From assembly GCA_964016885.1 (NCBI GenBank), contig OZ024742.1, positions 61,876,001 to 61,940,000 of the forward strand: DNA of 64,000 nt, read 5' to 3'. Made by a program: the position numbers and the translations under genes. Each line of letters begins with the position of its first letter. Within the stretch, counting starts at the first letter, position 1. Source of the DNA: Eledone cirrhosa. Taxonomy: Eukaryota. Below are positions 13,766 to 27,678 of the stretch, piece by piece. Under the pieces are notes generated by a model. It was not told where the DNA came from and searched no databases. It saw only the letters and a program-made list of their open reading frames with translations.

Positions 13766-14016
13766 GTGAGAGGGCGCTTGCCCTGGTAGTCAGGGTGGCC
13801 GTGGTCTTTTGTGTGGTTTTCCGCACGAGTGAATCTCGGAGGTTTCCCCCTTTTTGGGGAATTTTTTTTGTTTTAATTTTTTTTTAATTTCTATCCCGAT
13901 TTCTATCTTGTTATAACCTGTTTATACGGCCAAAACCCAATTTGTATCTTCCTGTACCGTTCTGTGCCGTCTGTAGTGTTTTTCTTAATGTTAGCCCTTG
14001 TGGCCAATAAAGAAAC

Positions 14017-14142
<126 letters not shown>

Positions 14143-14170
14143 GTGGTTATACAACAGTTAGTTCACCATA

Positions 14171-14210
14171 CCGAGAACAATTGTTTCACCTTAGCGGATC
14201 TTCAGCTCGG
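14171..14210 (-). ncRNA. Minimal type I hammerhead motif
   Basis: Minus strand: ccgag-CTGAAGA-tcc gctaa ggt-GAAA-caattg-TT-ctcgg. Perfect 5-bp stem I, palindromic stem III, GUU triplet. Confidence 0.8.
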
Positions 14211-14217
14211 AAATCAC

Positions 14218-14253
14218 TATGTTTATATTAGTGTTCATCTCTCTTGCTTATTC

Positions 14254-14323
<70 letters not shown>

Positions 14324-14825
14324 GAATAAACAAGAGAGATGAACACTAATATAAACATACATGTGTTCGAATCGTAAGGACCAAGTTTGCTAGGGTGAAA
14401 AAATACTAACTACAGCAATATGGTTTGTCAGACTTAATTTTAAATATTAAATTAAGAAAAATAACACACCTATATTGAGCAATCGCCTGGTAACAACCAG
14501 ACAGCTTTGGAGACTGTTACGCAACATCTTATTAAGTGAAGTCCACTCTTTTCTCTGCTCCTCAGTAGTTGTTGAGAAATTAGTAATCCTTCCACTTCTA
14601 AAAATATTATAGACTGAATTGCGTGCGATAAGAATTATCACACGGGTCTTCGGAACCCAGCATGTCTCGAAATTCCATGCCGCTAAAAATAGCAGCCTGG
14701 CTAACAGGACATTAAAATTAGCTCTACATGATGGAGCCGAAAAATATATAGCAAACTTGGTCCTTACGATTCGAACTCATGTATGTTTATATTAGTATTC
14801 ATCTCTCTTGTTTATTCAATTATAT
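14218..14825. repeat. Inverted copies of a PLE-like terminal segment around (TA)n
   Basis: tatgtttatattagtgttcatctctcttg.ttattcaat at 14218-14257 and 14783-14821, with its reverse complement at 14321-14392. Confidence 0.7.
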
Positions 14826-14904
14826 TGTATGGCTCGGAGAAGCTTTTTTCTTAGACCTATTTAATTGTAAGAGACTACTCTGAGTTTCTAACTCAATATA
14901 TATA

Positions 14905-15080
14905 TTTGGGAGCCCCTACATGGACACACTAGAAGAGGAAGACCAAGGTTAACGTATGTTGATGCCCTAAGGACAGACACTGGTCTGTTGGAGACGCAGG
15001 ACATGGCAGCGATAATGAGGGACAGAGACCGCTGGAAAGAACTCGTCCATGGATCTCGGGAATTTTACCCGCCTTAGAAT
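14905..15080 (+). mobile_element. RTE-like LINE 3' fragment
   Basis: Translates as WEPLHGHTRRGRPRLTYVDALRTDTG..MRDRDRWKELV, a typical LINE ORF C-terminus. Confidence 0.7.
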
Positions 15081-15084
15081 AGAA

Positions 15085-15147
<63 letters not shown>

Positions 15148-15312
15148 AATTAGTATAGCTACCAACATATATATACAGATGCATACCTATGCTAGCAAAT
15201 ATATAGGTTTTGTCTTAGTAACTTTGTGGTTCAATGCAAGGGAATGCAGAACAATTATATGAAAGACGTAAAATAAGAAAATTATAAAAATTAACTTACT
15301 TACTAAAATTTC

Positions 15313-15395
15313 ACTCCAACTAATTAGTTTCTGAAAGGGAATAAACATGGTTTCCGAATGGAACCATGGAGAAAATCCTTTCGTCATCAGGAAGT
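15313..15395 (-). ncRNA. Type I hammerhead with extended/branched stem II
   Basis: Reverse complement of 15966-16048. Confidence 0.8.
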
Positions 15396-15965
15396 CTATT
15401 CTCAGCTAAGTTCCCAGGCAATGCGTGGACACAGGGAACTTATACAAAAATAATTCAGTGGATGGAAAAAAGCAAGCGAGGACTAAATTCCAGGACATTG
15501 AAAAAATCACTGCCTACTTGGTCGGTGGCAAATTCAAAAGAATCAATCACGTGACATTGAGGTTAATCAGTGAGGAGTGGGGTGCTAATAAGACAGGAGC
15601 CTGACTATTACTATGAACCATAGTAGTAGTTTTGGCAAATTTTTGCTCAACAAAATAATTTGGAGATAATTATAAAGAATTAGTATATCTACCAACATAT
15701 ATATACAGATGCATACCTCTGCTAGCAAATATATAGGTTTTGTCTTAGTAACTTTGTGGTTCAATGCAAGAGGATGCAGAACAATTATATGAAAGACGTA
15801 AAATAAGAAAATTATAATTAATATAAATTATAATACCGACCAAGTAGGCAGTGATTTTTTCAATGTCCTGGAATTTAGTCCTCGCTTGCTTTTTTCCATC
15901 CACTGAATTATTTTTGTATAAGTTCCCTGTGTCCACGCATTGCCTGGGAACTTAGCTGAGAATAG

Positions 15966-16048
15966 ACTTCCTGATGACGAAAGGATTTTCTCCATGGTTC
16001 CATTCGGAAACCATGTTTATTCCCTTTCAGAAACTAATTAGTTGGAGT
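15966..16048 (+). ncRNA. Type I hammerhead with extended/branched stem II
   Basis: acttc-CTGATGA-c gaaagg...catggttcc attc ggaaaccatg...cctttc a-GAAA-ctaattag-TT-ggagt. Confidence 0.8.
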
Positions 16049-16112
16049 GAAATTTTAGTAAGTTAATTTTTATAATTTTCTTATTTTACGTCTAAATTTT
16101 CTTATTTTACGC

Positions 16113-19100
16113 CCTACCCGGGCGCCCGCGTATGTAGAGCTTGTCTCGAACTAGTAGAGCTCCGAGGTAGCACTGCCACGGTCTTTTGGAAGTTGTCCAT
16201 TGGTCCCGGGCGGAAGGTCCTACCGAACAGACTGGCCAGTTCGTCCTCCTCTACGCCCAGAGTTTCTTCGAGCGTGCCGTCGCACTTGCTGCGGACCAAC
16301 CCTCTATAGAATCTCGAAGTGGAGACTCCACAGATCACCGGGTCCGTTTGCCATAGAACTGTGAGCGCCTGAGCACATTCGATGTGCAAGTCAGCCATTT
16401 TCCTCGGTCTTTGCTTGACCCAGGACTGCAGCTCGGTCAGCAAGACGAGTCGTGGGAACGCTCGCCTCACGAACGGTTGTCTGGTGAGGAATACGTGGAG
16501 GTGCCGCAGCCTGAGCGCGTGTTTGCGCATCGTCAGCCACGGCATCCCCATTAGAAGGGTGTTGGCAGCAGATGGATCTTTTCACCAAAGGAGCCCGCTT
16601 CTTCCAAAGGAATTGAAAGAGCGCGCGCTCCATGTTGGTGAGCGTTTTGGCTGGACAAAGCACGATGGTCAAGCGGTAGTAGATGACGGACGCTATAAAA
16701 GTGTTCGCCACCTCCACTCGACCTTTCAAGGATAGTTTGCACTCGGCCCACTTCTGGGTGAGCGCAAACACCTTGGCCGTCACCTCGTTCCAGTTCTTCT
16801 CCACCTGGAGGTCCGGACCAAACCAGACCCCGAACAGCTTTACCGGTCCTTCCGTCCAGCGTCTGACGACGCCATCGGAAGGCATCGGTTTGCCTCTCCA
16901 CGTTCCGAGTTGCAAACCGACGGATTTGTCCCGGTTCAGCTTCGCTCCTGTGAACCTTTCTTATTCCTCCAGTAAGGTGCTGATCTCCCCGACTTGCGAG
17001 GTGCTCGACACCATTACTGTGATGTCGTCGGCGTAGGCCGACGCCGCTTTTCGCAGTCCCTGTTCCAAAGGGATGCCTTCCAATAGCTCCAGCTTCCGCA
17101 GTAGTGACTCGAGAGTCAGTACGTACAGAAGGGAGGAGAGAAGGCATCCCTGTCGGATGAATCGCGTGATATGGAACGGCTCCGAGAAGTAGCCGTTCAC
17201 CTTGACCCTTGATCAGATGTTGCTGTTGTGCATTGCAGCAATCCAGCCCCGAAGCCTGCCGCCTCGAGCACCGCATCCAGGTAACGATGGTCAACCCTAT
17301 CGAAAGCCTTAGACTGATCCAAGTTGATCAGGGCCTCACCGAAGCCGGGTTTACACCCTACCCTCTCTATGATGTATTGCATGAGGTGGAGGTTGTCGTG
17401 TATGGACCTGGTCGGGATTGCGCATGTCTGCACTTCTCCCAACCGGTTTTCGACGACAAGCGCCAGCCTCTTTGCCAACACCTTGGCCAAAATCTGTAAC
17501 TTTGTGTTGAGCAGAGTTATGGGCCGGGAGTTTCCTATGTCATCCCCCTTGTTCTCGTCCTTCCTGACTAACGTGATTACGCCCTTGGTCACAGAACTGG
17601 GAGAAATCTCCCGTTCTGCTGCCAGTTGCAGTAGACCGCTTCCAGGAGTCCGGAGAACAAGTCCGGCATTGCTACGTAAAATTCGCAAGGTAGATCGTCG
17701 AGACCTGGATATTTGCGGTTGCCGTATTGGCTCAGCGCGTCCCCTATCTCATGCGTCGAAGAACTGGTCCAAGGCCGTTCTCGTCGCTAGCACGCCGGCT
17801 ACGTTGCCACTCCTAAGTGCCTCTTCTACTTTATCTACCAGTTCCTTTTCAGTCTTATTTCTATCTAACACTAATTCTTTACTAAAACCTATCGAGTCTA
17901 ATCTAACTGCCATCTTGAGAGACTACCACCATCTGTTATTGACAATGGCCCCCGTCAAGTGCTGCTTAACTAAAGTGCTAATCCGTCTACTGTAGGCTTT
18001 GCATGTCGGTAACGACAAGTTCAGCTTCCAGTAGCCGGGTCCCTGTCTATGGGTTTTGTCAAGGTTGACTAAGCAGGTCACTAATTTGTGATCTGAATAG
18101 GCAACCATGAACATTTGTGGACAGCTTAACATGTCCCTATCCTTCTTTCTAACTAGAACCCTATCTAGGTACGATCTAGATATTCCGCTACGATTATTCC
18201 ACGTCCACAGTGGCACAGTCGGAAAATCTAGTCGATATCTATCGGCCAGGTCAAATCGGCCGATTAACTGTTTGAGGCTGTTGCACCCCCCCCCTCTTTC
18301 GGGACATGCTCCCACATAGTCCCAACGTGCATCTAGGATTCCATTCCATCCCCCACTAACAGCAGGGAGTGGGACGTTCCCAGAAAAGTCTCTAGACGTT
18401 TGAAGAAGTCTGGCCGCGGTGTCCCAGATGGGGCATATGCGGCCACCAGCCTGAAGGCTCCACCTTCACTACCGTCAACGTCTAGGACCACCAGTCGACC
18501 CTCCGGGTCCAGATGTACCGTCTGTGTTACGAGGTCCAGGTGTTTCCGCAGCAAAACAGCAACCCCACCCCCACCTCCCGGCTGACAAAGAGATGCGTAG
18601 ATCTCAAAGTCATCGAAGATGGGGGCCAGTTGTCGCTCGCTGTGGATCCTGGACTCGCAAATGGCTACTACATCCATACTGTGCGACCTGAGGTCGTTTA
18701 AGAGTTTGCCCTGTTTACAGGGCATCCCCAGACCGCGTACATTCACACATCCAACTCTTATATTGGCCATGTTGGTGCTGAAAAGTTAAAAGAAAAGGAA
18801 AAGAAATCACTCACCTCTTCGTCTCCTGGGGACCAGGCTGCACAATTTCCATGGAGGTGTTGGAGGGGTTGTTTGGTGGGGGGGTCTCTGACGGGGTGGG
18901 GACGGAGATGTTTGGTGGGGAGAAGGTGTCAGGTGGAGTGGGGTGTCTGGGGTGGGGGTGGGGAAACATTTCAAAAGGACGCGGTTATAGGGTTTGACGC
19001 AGGGGTTACCTACGTCGTTAGGAAATTTTTCTTTTAAATGTGTGTCCATGGAGATCCTAATCATTTTAAGATTAGGATTCTCCGAAGAGTGCGTAAAAGT

Positions 19101-19730
19101 TTTCCTTTCAGTCTCCACCGAAGGGTTTTTATATATGGTGTCTGTTAAAGTTTTATTGTTTGTATTTATGTAGGTGTAACATTTTTGTTGTGTTGTGTTG
19201 CTTTTTGTCTGTGGTTCTTGAGTGTGTTTACGTTTTGTAGTAGGTGTTTTGTTTTCAGGAGGGGGTGCTTTTGTTTGTGCTGTTTGTGTCGCTTGTATTG
19301 GTGTTTGTGTGTTTGTTGCATTTTTGTTTGTGTTATGTCTTTTCTTTTTTCATTTTATTGGTCGGAAAGGCTCTCTCTTATCGTCACTGGGTGACGATGA
19401 TGAGGCCTCATCCGTGTTGTTGGGGAGGAGTACATTTTGGGGAGCTGTTATGTGTGTGGGTGTTTCTGGAGTTGTTTTATGTGGGGAGGGGTTGGGTGGG
19501 ACTGTGTTTGCAGTTTGGTTTGTTTTTGTGTGTTGTTGTTGTTGTTGTTGTTGTTGTGGTGGTGGTGGTGGTTGTGTTGTTGTGTTGGGTGTCCTCAGTA
19601 GTGCCTTTTTTTAATGCAATTAATTGAGGACAGGAAGCCCTCAGGTGACCACTGCTTAAACAGTGGTAACATGAAGGCCGCCTACCCTCAACAGAAATGT
19701 TTATGTAGGAATTTTCATCCAGAGGCACAC
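16113..19730 (-). mobile_element. Second Tx1-clade LINE (related family), truncated at both ends, disrupted
   Basis: CCHC knuckle CYHCLSSGHLRASC (19477-19728). APE MANIRVGCVNVRGL..SYLDR..SDH (from 18770). RT SKAFDRV, IRQGCLLS, AYADD. Confidence 0.9.
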
Positions 19731-19984
19731 ATTGTGATATTCTAGCTATCCGTTAAAAATTGATAATCAAGTAATTAGGAATAGAAATTCGTTGTAGATT
19801 TTGCGCCAAAAAGTGGGAGTATCATGGTTCAGTGAATGTCGCTAGTGACAATCTCAAAGGGAATTAATGTTTATATTATTGTTAAGTTGTCAAGTCTATA
19901 GAATGGTTCGTGACAAACCCAAAGAAATTCAAGTGTCCTAGGATTTTATTCAAGTTAGTAAGTGTGTGTCTCATGTCTGTGTGT

Positions 19985-20073
<89 letters not shown>

Positions 20074-20351
20074 AGTATTTTTCGTTTTTTTTTTGTTTGA
20101 GTAACATAGAAGCTTCATCGAAGTATTCTTTACTATAGAAAAAGTCTCAATAATAGGCTCCCTTAACAGAAAAATACAGCCATGAACGGTAGCATATCTG
20201 CCCGGCAAGGATGAAAGTATGGGTTCCAGTCTTGTAAGTGCTAATGTCCATTTTTACCAAAAACTTTGATGAAGCTTCTTATGAAAATTTCAGATGCTGT
20301 TCACCGTTTCTAGAGACAAGTCCATTGATACGTGTGTGTGTGTGTACATAT

Positions 20352-21093
20352 ATCTATATATATATATATAAAAGCAGGATGTGTGTGTGTCTGTGGACAA
20401 ATTTGAACACCTAAGGCTTTTACAATTCCCAACCAAATTTTCTGTGCACGTTGCACCTGTCGCTAAGATGGTCACATCACAAATTCTTTTCAAATCGACC
20501 CACGTTGAGCAATAAAAAATCGATAGCAAAATTATTTTTTCTAAAGTGCATGATGTAAGGGAGATAACAATGAAGACAAAATCCTTATGGGATTTTCCAT
20601 GCAAATTAAAAGTTGCAATTACTTTTACATTTTTCGAGCTTTTTTTACCAAATGTGAGGCAGGCAGTGCCTATGCCGTCGAGGTAATACAAGAAGATTAT
20701 TTTTTCTAAAGTGTATGCTGTAAGGGAGAAATCAATCTAAAAACAATCCTTATCGGACTTTCCATTCAAACCGTTGGGACCTACAACTTTTACATTTTTA
20801 AAGTAATTTCGTCCACATTTGAGGCAGGCATTATCTATGCTTCCAGGATATTGTGAATTTATTTTTTTTAAAACTATTATTACAATGAAGAAATCAGTTA
20901 AAACAAAATTTTCCTTCATTATCAGCATAGTTTTATGTGTACAAAGATTGCACTAGATATTCGTTTGCATTAATTATTGAAGACTTCTACTTATTTTGAC
21001 AGGTTGGGGGAAAATAATTTTCTTCTTTTATTTCCTAGCTGTATATTCTTAGCATAATTTCAAACCCCGGGCAACGCCGGGTAAATATGGTAG
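20352..21093 (+). mobile_element. Non-autonomous Helitron-like element
   Basis: 5' tcta(ta)n aaa followed by a GT microsatellite. 3' GC hairpin cccgggcaacgccggg followed by ..gtagt. Same termini as 39093-39928. Confidence 0.55.
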
Positions 21094-21099
21094 TATATA

Positions 21100-21181
<82 letters not shown>

Positions 21182-21355
21182 CGGATGCTGTATTGTTCGC
21201 TTGTATGCGGAAAGCACCCTCGGCACAAACGAAATATTCCATTTAAGGAGTGTAAAGATTTCTTTATAAGCAGTTGAATGGAATGGAGAGTGAAAGTTTT
21301 GCTCGTCATCATTAGAGAAACTATAATATAAATATATATATAGATATATATATAC

Positions 21356-21420
<65 letters not shown>

Positions 21421-21835
21421 CTGGATTCTTATAGAATATATATGTGTATATATATATACACACACACACACAACAAACATATATATATATACATACACAC
21501 ACATACACGTTTTCCCGGATATTTTGTCAATAGCAGGTGAAAGGCATTGAATACAAAAGTCAATACGAAGTCAACAAGGTAGGTGGGAAACTTTGCAAAG
21601 TCTGTAATATCTGCAAGAGCTGCAATATCCTATACAAACGGTATAAGTTACAATGAATGCATGTCATGTAGCGAACTTTAAAATTACTGCAGACGGCAGC
21701 AGCCTTTACAGCTATATGTATATGTATGTGTATAGTTCCAGATAAGCAAGATGAACATAGAGATACAATAACACAACGTCTTATTAGTTTTACATATATG
21801 GATATATATATTCATATATAAATGTGTGTGTGTGT

Positions 21836-21893
<58 letters not shown>

Positions 21894-22042
21894 TGTGTAG
21901 CAGAGAGGGGACAAACATTTGAAATTTAGTTTGGTCTAATTCTAAAACTCCCCTTTTTCATCATTATCTTCGCTTTTTTTTCTTCCTCCACCGCTCCTCC
22001 TTCTTCTTCTTCTTCTTCTTCTTCTTCTTCTTCTGCTTCTTC

Positions 22043-22076
<34 letters not shown>

Positions 22077-22094
22077 CATTATTATTATTATTAA

Positions 22095-22173
<79 letters not shown>

Positions 22174-22185
22174 TGTCTTCTTCGC

Positions 22186-22219
<34 letters not shown>

Positions 22220-22223
<4 letters not shown>

Positions 22224-22326
22224 TGTTTCTTCTTTAGGCACAAGGCCAGCAATTATCCAGTGCATTACTGGTACTTTATTTTATCGACCCCGTAAGGATG
22301 AAAGGCAAAGTCAACCTCGGCGGGAT
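22220..22326 (-). mobile_element. SINE 3' half with long (ATT)n/(AAG)n tail
   Basis: Reverse complement of cccgccgaggttgactttgcctttcatcc..ggccttgtgcc..agaaacaatt. Confidence 0.8.
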
Positions 22327-22329
22327 AAT

Positions 22330-22715
22330 ACTTTCTTTATTAACGACAAGGGTTTACATAAAGTAGACATTAAGGACAGTGCAGGACAATACAGGACGGT
22401 ACAAGTGGGCATTTCTGCGTGTAAAAACAAAAACAGAGGGTGTAACAAAAAAATAACAATGAAAAATTCCCCAATAGGGGGGGAGACTTCGGAGGGACAT
22501 TTGTGGAGAAAGCCCATTAAAAGACCACAGTGACCCTGACCACCAAGGCAAGTGCCCTCTCCCAGTTTTCCACCTTTAATTTACAGACACATACTCAGAG
22601 TAGGCCCATTCACTCGGGCCATTCTTGCTTCTCTCACCCATCTTTCAACAAAATGCTGGGAAGAGAGCTCTTCCCTCTCTACTCTGATTTTCCTTTTCAA
22701 ATGAAATTTGATAAT
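22330..22715 (-). mobile_element. Tx1 LINE 3' fragment (ORF2 end + 3' UTR)
   Basis: FHLKRKIRVEREELSSQHFVERW, ending cccttgtcgttaataaagaaagtatt like the element end at 13993-14020. Confidence 0.75.
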
Positions 22716-23672
22716 AATGACCAGTAATGTACTGGGTAATTGCTGGCCTTGTGCCAAAAGTAGAAACAATTATTATTACTATTATTATTGTTATTGTTGT
22801 TGTTGTTGTTGTTGTTCTAGTGTTCTAGCTTTTGTTGTCGCTCTAGTTGTTCTTGTTATTTTTATGTCTTTTTGTTCTATTTCCTTTTCTTGTCTGTCTT
22901 GTTCATTTTCCTCTTCTCCTTTCATCTCTCTTTCATCTCTTTTCTTTTTCAGATATTGTATACCAGCAAATGAGACGTCCACCTGTGTTTCATACAACGT
23001 AGCTAACCTATCTCGTTATAACTGGAAAAAAAGGCAATGACGATCACAGGATATTGGTTCCCACAACCATACCTGTATACATTCTGGACTGAAAGAGAGT
23101 GATGGGAAGAAGACTTTCTAATTCCACACACGATACTCTTATGTTTTCACCCTAGGAGTTTCTTCTCCATAAAGAAGTTGTCTTTATTCATGTTAAATTT
23201 TTTTTTTTTATGTAGCTGTTTTTGTTATTGTTTCTTTTATTCTTTATTTTATTTAATTCTGTTTTGTAATTTATGTATATACACGCTCTCTTCTCTCTTA
23301 GCTAAATACTTGCTAAACAGCTTTGCAAATATAGATATATGTGTATATATGTGTGCGTGTGTTTGTGTGTGCGCATGCGTGTGTGTGTGCGTTCGGGGTG
23401 TGGGCGCATAAGTGAGTAGTGAGAAAGACAGATGTAGTAGTTTATCTGTCTGAATATTTATGCAGTTAGTACACAAAACTTAACTTTTTCAAAAGATTTA
23501 TGCGCCATTTTAAGAAAAAGATAACGCCCCGGTAATATGTGTGTGTACATACATATATATACACACAACTGCTATTGAAACGGTAAAAGCTTAACCGTTG
23601 GACAGAAAATTCTTATGATATATATACATATACATATATACAGTATATGTATAGATGATACATATATGTATG

Positions 23673-23738
<66 letters not shown>

Positions 23739-24260
23739 TTTTGATAACGCTGAACAGCTTCGTCTGTTTATTCGACACCATATTTTAAGAACATACTTCC
23801 AACTGTTAACGAATCGATTTTACCAAACAATTTTTAGAACTTCTTTATATTTTTCTCTTCACGTGAGTGTAAGTAAATTGCCAGCAAGTATATATTTTAA
23901 ACTCATATAAATTACCTAGAATCGATTCTTTTTTTTTCCTTTAGAAATATACACAATATTTGTTCCCATATAATTATATATATATGTGTGGGGGGGGGGT
24001 CTATGTGTGTGTGTGTATGTATGTACGTTTGTATGTATTTATGTTTGTATGTTTATGCATGCGTCTGTGTGCGTTTATATATATATGTGTATGTGTGTGT
24101 GTCTTTGTGTGTGTTTGTAACCGTATTCTTTATGGGGAGGGATTCAATTTGTTATATACCTCAGTCGGACACACCTATTGGTTCGATGGGAAGATCTACT
24201 GAAATGAGTTTAGTCGATATATATATACCTATGTGTGTGGGTGACGGTTTGACAGTGTGG

Positions 24261-24308
<48 letters not shown>

Positions 24309-24791
24309 TGATTGATTGATAAATAGATAGATAGATAGATATAATATCAGCAACAATGCACACAGGGAAAACTTACAGAAGAGGAACGAACTACTGCGTC
24401 TCTAAACTTCATCAGCCACTTTCCAAACCATCAAGCCTATATCACCACCATACTCCCTACCATCAACAACCACCACCACCACCAACCAAATCATCACTAT
24501 CACCACTACCACCAACCAAACCACCACCACGTCTCGTACTACCACCACCATCATTACCATTGCCATCACAGCCACCACCTTCACCACCCGCACCATCCCC
24601 ATCACCACCATTATCACATTACCACCACCACTACCACAACCAAATTATGTTCCAAATTCTATTTCGTTGAGAATATGTATGTTATATGTTTCAGTCGTTA
24701 TATGTATTCCGATATAACCTGATTTCTTCAGCAATTCTATGTATTCCTTTATATTTTTACTTTATATTTGGGAATTTCACTTTCAGCTCCT

Positions 24792-24846
<55 letters not shown>

Positions 24847-24963
24847 GGTTTGAGGTTCACCACTTGATAGAGCTGGTCAATTCCGTATGGTCTATCTCAA
24901 TGTAATAATAAGTAGTAGGGCCGTCGAAACGGCTTGAGCTCAGCCGTCGGGGTCCTACTCGTT

Positions 24964-25029
<66 letters not shown>

Positions 25030-25109
25030 TTTGTTGGGGCGGCCGACCATTTTTCTTATTTTACTAATATATATCAACTCGTGTGTCACTTCTCAAATAT
25101 ATATATATA

Positions 25110-25307
25110 TAACGAAGAAAGTGAGGTAAGGAACCAGGTGGACCATAACGCTCCAGAGTACTCGATACTATGGGTAGTAGAGTGGGTAATAGGAAAAGAG
25201 TCAGGACCCCGACGGCTGAGCTCCGGCCGTTTCGACAGCTATTTCTGAATTGTTCAGAAATAGCTGTCGAAACGGCCGGAGCTCAGCCGTCGGCGCCTTA
25301 CTCTTTT

Positions 25308-25310
<3 letters not shown>
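25110..25310. mobile_element. PLE 3'-end fragment with fold-back of hammerhead 3' half
   Basis: About 55-bp-arm hairpin at 25190-25310. Homologous to 24920-24966, 39935-40146 and 59757-59863. Confidence 0.75.
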
Positions 25311-25361
<51 letters not shown>

Positions 25362-25365
<4 letters not shown>

Positions 25366-26070
25366 CGGAGTAAGTAAGATTCAAACAATTTTTTTTTTTT
25401 TAATAAATTAAAAAATATAATTTAAATATTTACCTATTCCCTTTGCTTTTACCGACGATTTCACCTTACAAAAGATTGGAGATCCTAGGGACTTCCAATG
25501 GAAACGTTCGGATCATCAGAGACCATTTTCCTTACCTAGGACAAAAGTCCCAGGAACGGCAAAATATATTGCCACCTGACAGCTAGCACAGGATCGAGTG
25601 AGGCCGTAAACTTGACCTGTGCATGAACCAGCCCTTAGTAGAAGCGGAAGTAAACATAGACGTGTTGTCTATCACGCCCTAAAAATAACAGCTAAATAAA
25701 CAACGGATTTGTTCTCTACATAACGGAGAATATAAAAAAAGATTAATATCTCCAAAGGTACTAAGTACCCCTGGAAATATATAGGGTGTCTATGATACAG
25801 TGGTTGTTCTATGGATTTAATTTGACATACCAGAACTATAAAATTGAGATAAGCGGAGCAAGCAAGATTCAAACAATTTTTTTTTTTTTTTTTTAATAAA
25901 TTAAAAAATATAATTAATAAAAAAAAATTGTTTGAATCTTACTTGCTCCGCTTATCTCAATTTTATAGTTCTGGTATGTCAAATTAATACCATAGAACAA
26001 CCACTGTATCATAGACACCCTATATATTTCCAGAGGTACTTATAGTACCTGTGGGGATATTAATCTCTTT
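25362..26070. repeat. Inverted/direct repeat cluster between (TA)n tracts (probable PLE termini)
   Basis: 25742-25885 is inverted at 25918-26068. 25362-25420 repeats 25850-25913. Confidence 0.7.
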
Positions 26071-26949
26071 ATATATATATGTATATATATATATATAGAT
26101 ATATATATATATATATATATATATCCCAGGTATCAGCAGTTCCAATGGCATAAAACCATAGATAACCATATCAGATGTCAGTTTTTTTATGCTGTCCTTA
26201 TATATTTATTGCATCCTAGGTATTATCCATCAACGTAAGGTTTGGTTTTACTCTTCTGCTCTTCCAATTTATTGTGCCTTATATTAAATTTTCCTAATCT
26301 ATTTTATAATTATAATATCCAAAATATTTTTAGTTTTCTCTCCTTTTGATAGTGTCTACAGAAAATCTTTCAATTTTTGCCATTTTTAGTAAAAAATAAA
26401 ATTAATACCAGTCAAATATTGGAGTCGATTAAATCGAAAATTTTCTATAAATTTATAGATTTTAACCAATGCGAAAGTTTGAAATCAATATTTAAAAAAA
26501 CATTTATTGATATAATGGGAAAATATTTTAATCAATGAAATGATAAACTGAAACGAAATTAAAATAAAACCACAAATATTTTCTGTTTTTTATGTGACGG
26601 CCTCTAGGGAAAAGGCTTAAGATTTAATTTGCAGATTAGCTATCTCATTTGTAACTAGTTTGAAGTATTCACAATTTGAAAGTGAAAAAAAATAAAATGC
26701 TATCTTTTCTTTAAATCATTATTGTTGTTATTGTTGGTGGTTCTTAATATTGAATTCTTACACAGAAAGGAATAATGTCAGGCAGTCAGAGAAGTACTTG
26801 CACTCACACATATATACATGGAAAAATGTATTTATTGTATGCACTAACAGACGTATATATGAAAGTAAATATATAACCAACATATGGATTTACTTATGTA
26901 TATATATATATATTATAAAAGAAAATGTTCGCTCTACATGGCTGCATAC

Positions 26950-27379
26950 AATAAATGTAATCTAAGTTTTTCGAATATTAATAACATTCGATTCGTTTGC
27001 AATTTTGCAAACAAGCCTCAATTTCATAGCCATGTCAGTAGAATGAACCCTTCATTCTTTCTCTTGTGTTGGCATGTGAACGGAACTGCAGACACTAATG
27101 TTTCTGGGTATCACCCTACATTAGTACAGCTCACTGTTCATCTGCCAAACTATCAGAGCTAGTGAAAATATATGTTATTTTCAAAAATACACAGTGACTG
27201 ATCAGCCTGCTTTGCATATTAGCAGACTGGCTGACCAGTTAGATCTGCATATCAGCAGATCCACTGATCAGCCATATTTGCATGTCAGCAAATTCTATTG
27301 ACATGGCTATAAAATTAAGGCTTGCTTGCAAAATTTCAAACGAATCGAATGTTATTGATATTCGAAAAACTCAGATTAC

Positions 27380-27385
<6 letters not shown>
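26950..27385. repeat. Diverged ~90-bp inverted repeat
   Basis: aaatgtaatct..agccatgtcagtagaat (26953-27044) versus attctattgacatggct..agattacattt (27292-27383). Confidence 0.65.
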
Positions 27386-27455
<70 letters not shown>

Positions 27456-27457
<2 letters not shown>

Positions 27458-27635
27458 TCTGCAAAATCCTACTTCAGTGCCTCAAAAGTGGCGCAGCGGT
27501 GACCCTGGCTGTCTGATAGCTATGGTAGCGGGACTCAATGTCCCGGCAGGTTTTACCATGCTACACAGGTATCAGACTATTGGTCCTAGAGATGATTCAT
27601 CATCTTCTAGAGTTGAAAAGCTTGCTAAACTGAAG
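27456..27635 (+). ncRNA. HDV-like ribozyme at RTE 5' end
   Basis: P1 cctctgc/gcagcgg (one mismatch), P2 cttcagt/actgaag (7/7), P3 gcc/ggc, L3 tcaaaagt, P1.1 ca/tg, long P4, J4/2 gctaa. Confidence 0.75.
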
Positions 27636-27678
27636 AGGTACCGGCCTGCCTGCCCAGCCAGTGGGATGGCGTCATTTT

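Larger units (their letters stand above)
15144..16112. mobile_element. Rearranged PLE terminal-repeat cluster (direct and inverted copies)
   Basis: 15144-15285 is repeated directly at 15675-15816. 15264-15526 is inverted at 15835-16093. Contains two hammerheads. Confidence 0.8.

Noticed and set aside
25450-25525. Minus-strand CUGAUGA...GAAA-ucg-UC hammerhead-like motif
   Set aside because: The core and an internal hairpin are present but stem I does not pair; at best a decayed copy.
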